From: an uncultured Lentimicrobiaceae bacterium
Lineage (GTDB): Bacteria > Bacteroidota > Bacteroidia > Bacteroidales > F082
NCBI GenBank assembly: GCA_964386145.1
Contig: CAYLSW010000001.1
Coordinates: 1-35,153 of the forward strand
Reading direction: 5' to 3'
Length of the DNA: 35,153 nucleotides
Below, in pieces: positions 35,070-35,153 of the stretch. The position numbers and the translations under genes are program-made. A model generated the notes under the pieces. That model did not search any database, was not told the origin of the DNA, and saw nothing but the letters and a program-made list of their open reading frames with translations. How positions within the stretch are numbered: the first letter of the stretch is position 1; the number at the start of each line of letters is the position of its first letter.

Positions 35070-35153
35070 TTATTTTTTAGAGCAACAAAATTACAGATTT
35101 AACACCTGTGAAAAGGAACAAAGAAGATATTTAGAACAAGTTTAGTCAATTCC

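Overview
A 35-kb chromosomal window from a Bacteroidota bacterium, probably Bacteroidales-like: TAnnTTTG promoter boxes recur, ribosome-binding regions are AT-rich and lack SD motifs, and the gene set is typical of the phylum. Positions 1-10 kb hold a membrane-bound group 1 [NiFe] uptake hydrogenase cluster: divergent hypA; small and large subunits, cytochrome b and maturation protease; then hypF-hypD-hypE with no hypC in the usual place. The structural genes are bracketed by two related, highly structured MITE-like elements. Positions 10-22 kb are largely housekeeping/envelope genes (mltG, GNAT, AI-2E transporter, YtxH protein with 11-aa repeats, holin-like membrane protein, frr, FtsE-like ATPase, two glycosyltransferases, MsbA-like ABC exporter, pruA). 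Positions 22-28 kb contain a metallophosphoesterase and a five-gene putative operon (Rieske-fused TPP enzyme, egtD, DUF427, DUF5996-like, DUF2721-like) with no recognisable ergothioneine sulfur-insertion gene. Positions 28-35 kb contain a PaaI thioesterase, an LruC-domain lipoprotein, a PLP aminotransferase and a fused ADP-forming acyl-CoA synthetase. The most novel-looking signals are (i) an unannotated ~90-nt minus-strand small-RNA candidate at ~28900-28989, with a near-consensus sigma-54 promoter, candidate upstream activator sites and its own terminator, and (ii) the orphan-egtD/Rieske-TPP operon. Family assignments come from motifs recognised by eye, not from database searches.
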